Assembly (NCBI GenBank): GCA_964016885.1
Contig: OZ024742.1
Span: 375,472,001 to 375,536,000 of the forward strand
Reading direction: 5' to 3'
DNA from: Eledone cirrhosa
Lineage: Eukaryota
Length of the DNA stretch: 64,000 nt
The notes beneath the pieces were generated by a model. It was not told the DNA's origin and searched no databases. It was given only the letters and a program-made list of their open reading frames with translations. Of this stretch, positions 63,999 to 64,000 are shown one piece after another. Position 1 is the first letter of the stretch. The number at the start of each line of letters is the position of its first letter. Both the position numbers and the translations under genes were made by a program.

Positions 63999-64000
63999 AC
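55700..64000. repeat. Dispersed duplication of a ~3 kb block, offset ~5031-5193 bp (~55850-58830 and ~60950-64000)
   Basis: ORF-end pairs 56473/61540, 57081/62112, 57280/62311, 57963/62994, 58672/63865. Shared rare markers CCTGTGAATTC, CCTTTTACT, GCATTTATC, CCGTTG, TTCCATG, TTTGCCTTC. Confidence 0.9.

Larger units (their letters stand above)
1..64000. repeat. Tandem array of an 18-bp monomer (consensus GTGCCTTTGACTTCTTCT), ~3,550 copies, single orientation, both ends outside the window
   Basis: Directly visible on every line. Dominant monomer types: A GTGCCTTTGACTTCTTCT, B GTGCTTTTGACTTCTTCT, C GTGCCTTTGTCTTCTTCT, D GTGCTTTTGTTTTCTTCT, E GTGCTTTTGTCTTCTTCT. The consensus is 9T/5C/3G/1A (44% GC, 78% pyrimidine on +). 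Copy number is estimated as 64000/18. Confidence 0.99.

Noticed and set aside
1-64000. CRISPR array
   Set aside because: Monomers abut directly with no unique spacers, are only 18 bp, and no cas genes or leader are present.
1-64000. Telomeric repeat tract
   Set aside because: No G-run motif, and variants are inherited in kb-scale duplicated blocks, which indicates recombination or slippage rather than templated telomerase addition.
1-64000. Inversions, transposon insertions or embedded unique sequence
   Set aside because: None seen: every line follows the same monomer in the same orientation.

Overview
The whole 64 kb window is one uninterrupted head-to-tail tandem array of an 18-bp monomer: + strand consensus GTGCCTTTGACTTCTTCT, - strand GTC AAA GGC ACA GAA GAA = VKGTEE. 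There are about 3,550 copies, all in one orientation. I see no unique sequence, RNA gene, mobile element or CRISPR array, and both array ends lie outside the window. The consensus has no stop in five of six frames, so almost all listed ORFs are repeat artefacts. The real information is in the variant monomers. They show nested duplications (periods 144, 522, 879, 1314-1818, 1404, 1757, ~2715/1672, 3204, ~5031 and 7515 bp). They also show a polarity: the acidic minus-strand (V/D/N)K(G/S)TEE frame is intact over the right-most ~8.8 kb, while to the left it carries 7 frameshifts and dozens of TAA codons that descend from a few mutations spread by duplication. The best reading is a large, probably eukaryotic satellite/minisatellite array, possibly derived from or continuous with a giant repetitive coding exon entering from beyond position 64000. 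Coding status and organism cannot be established from this window.
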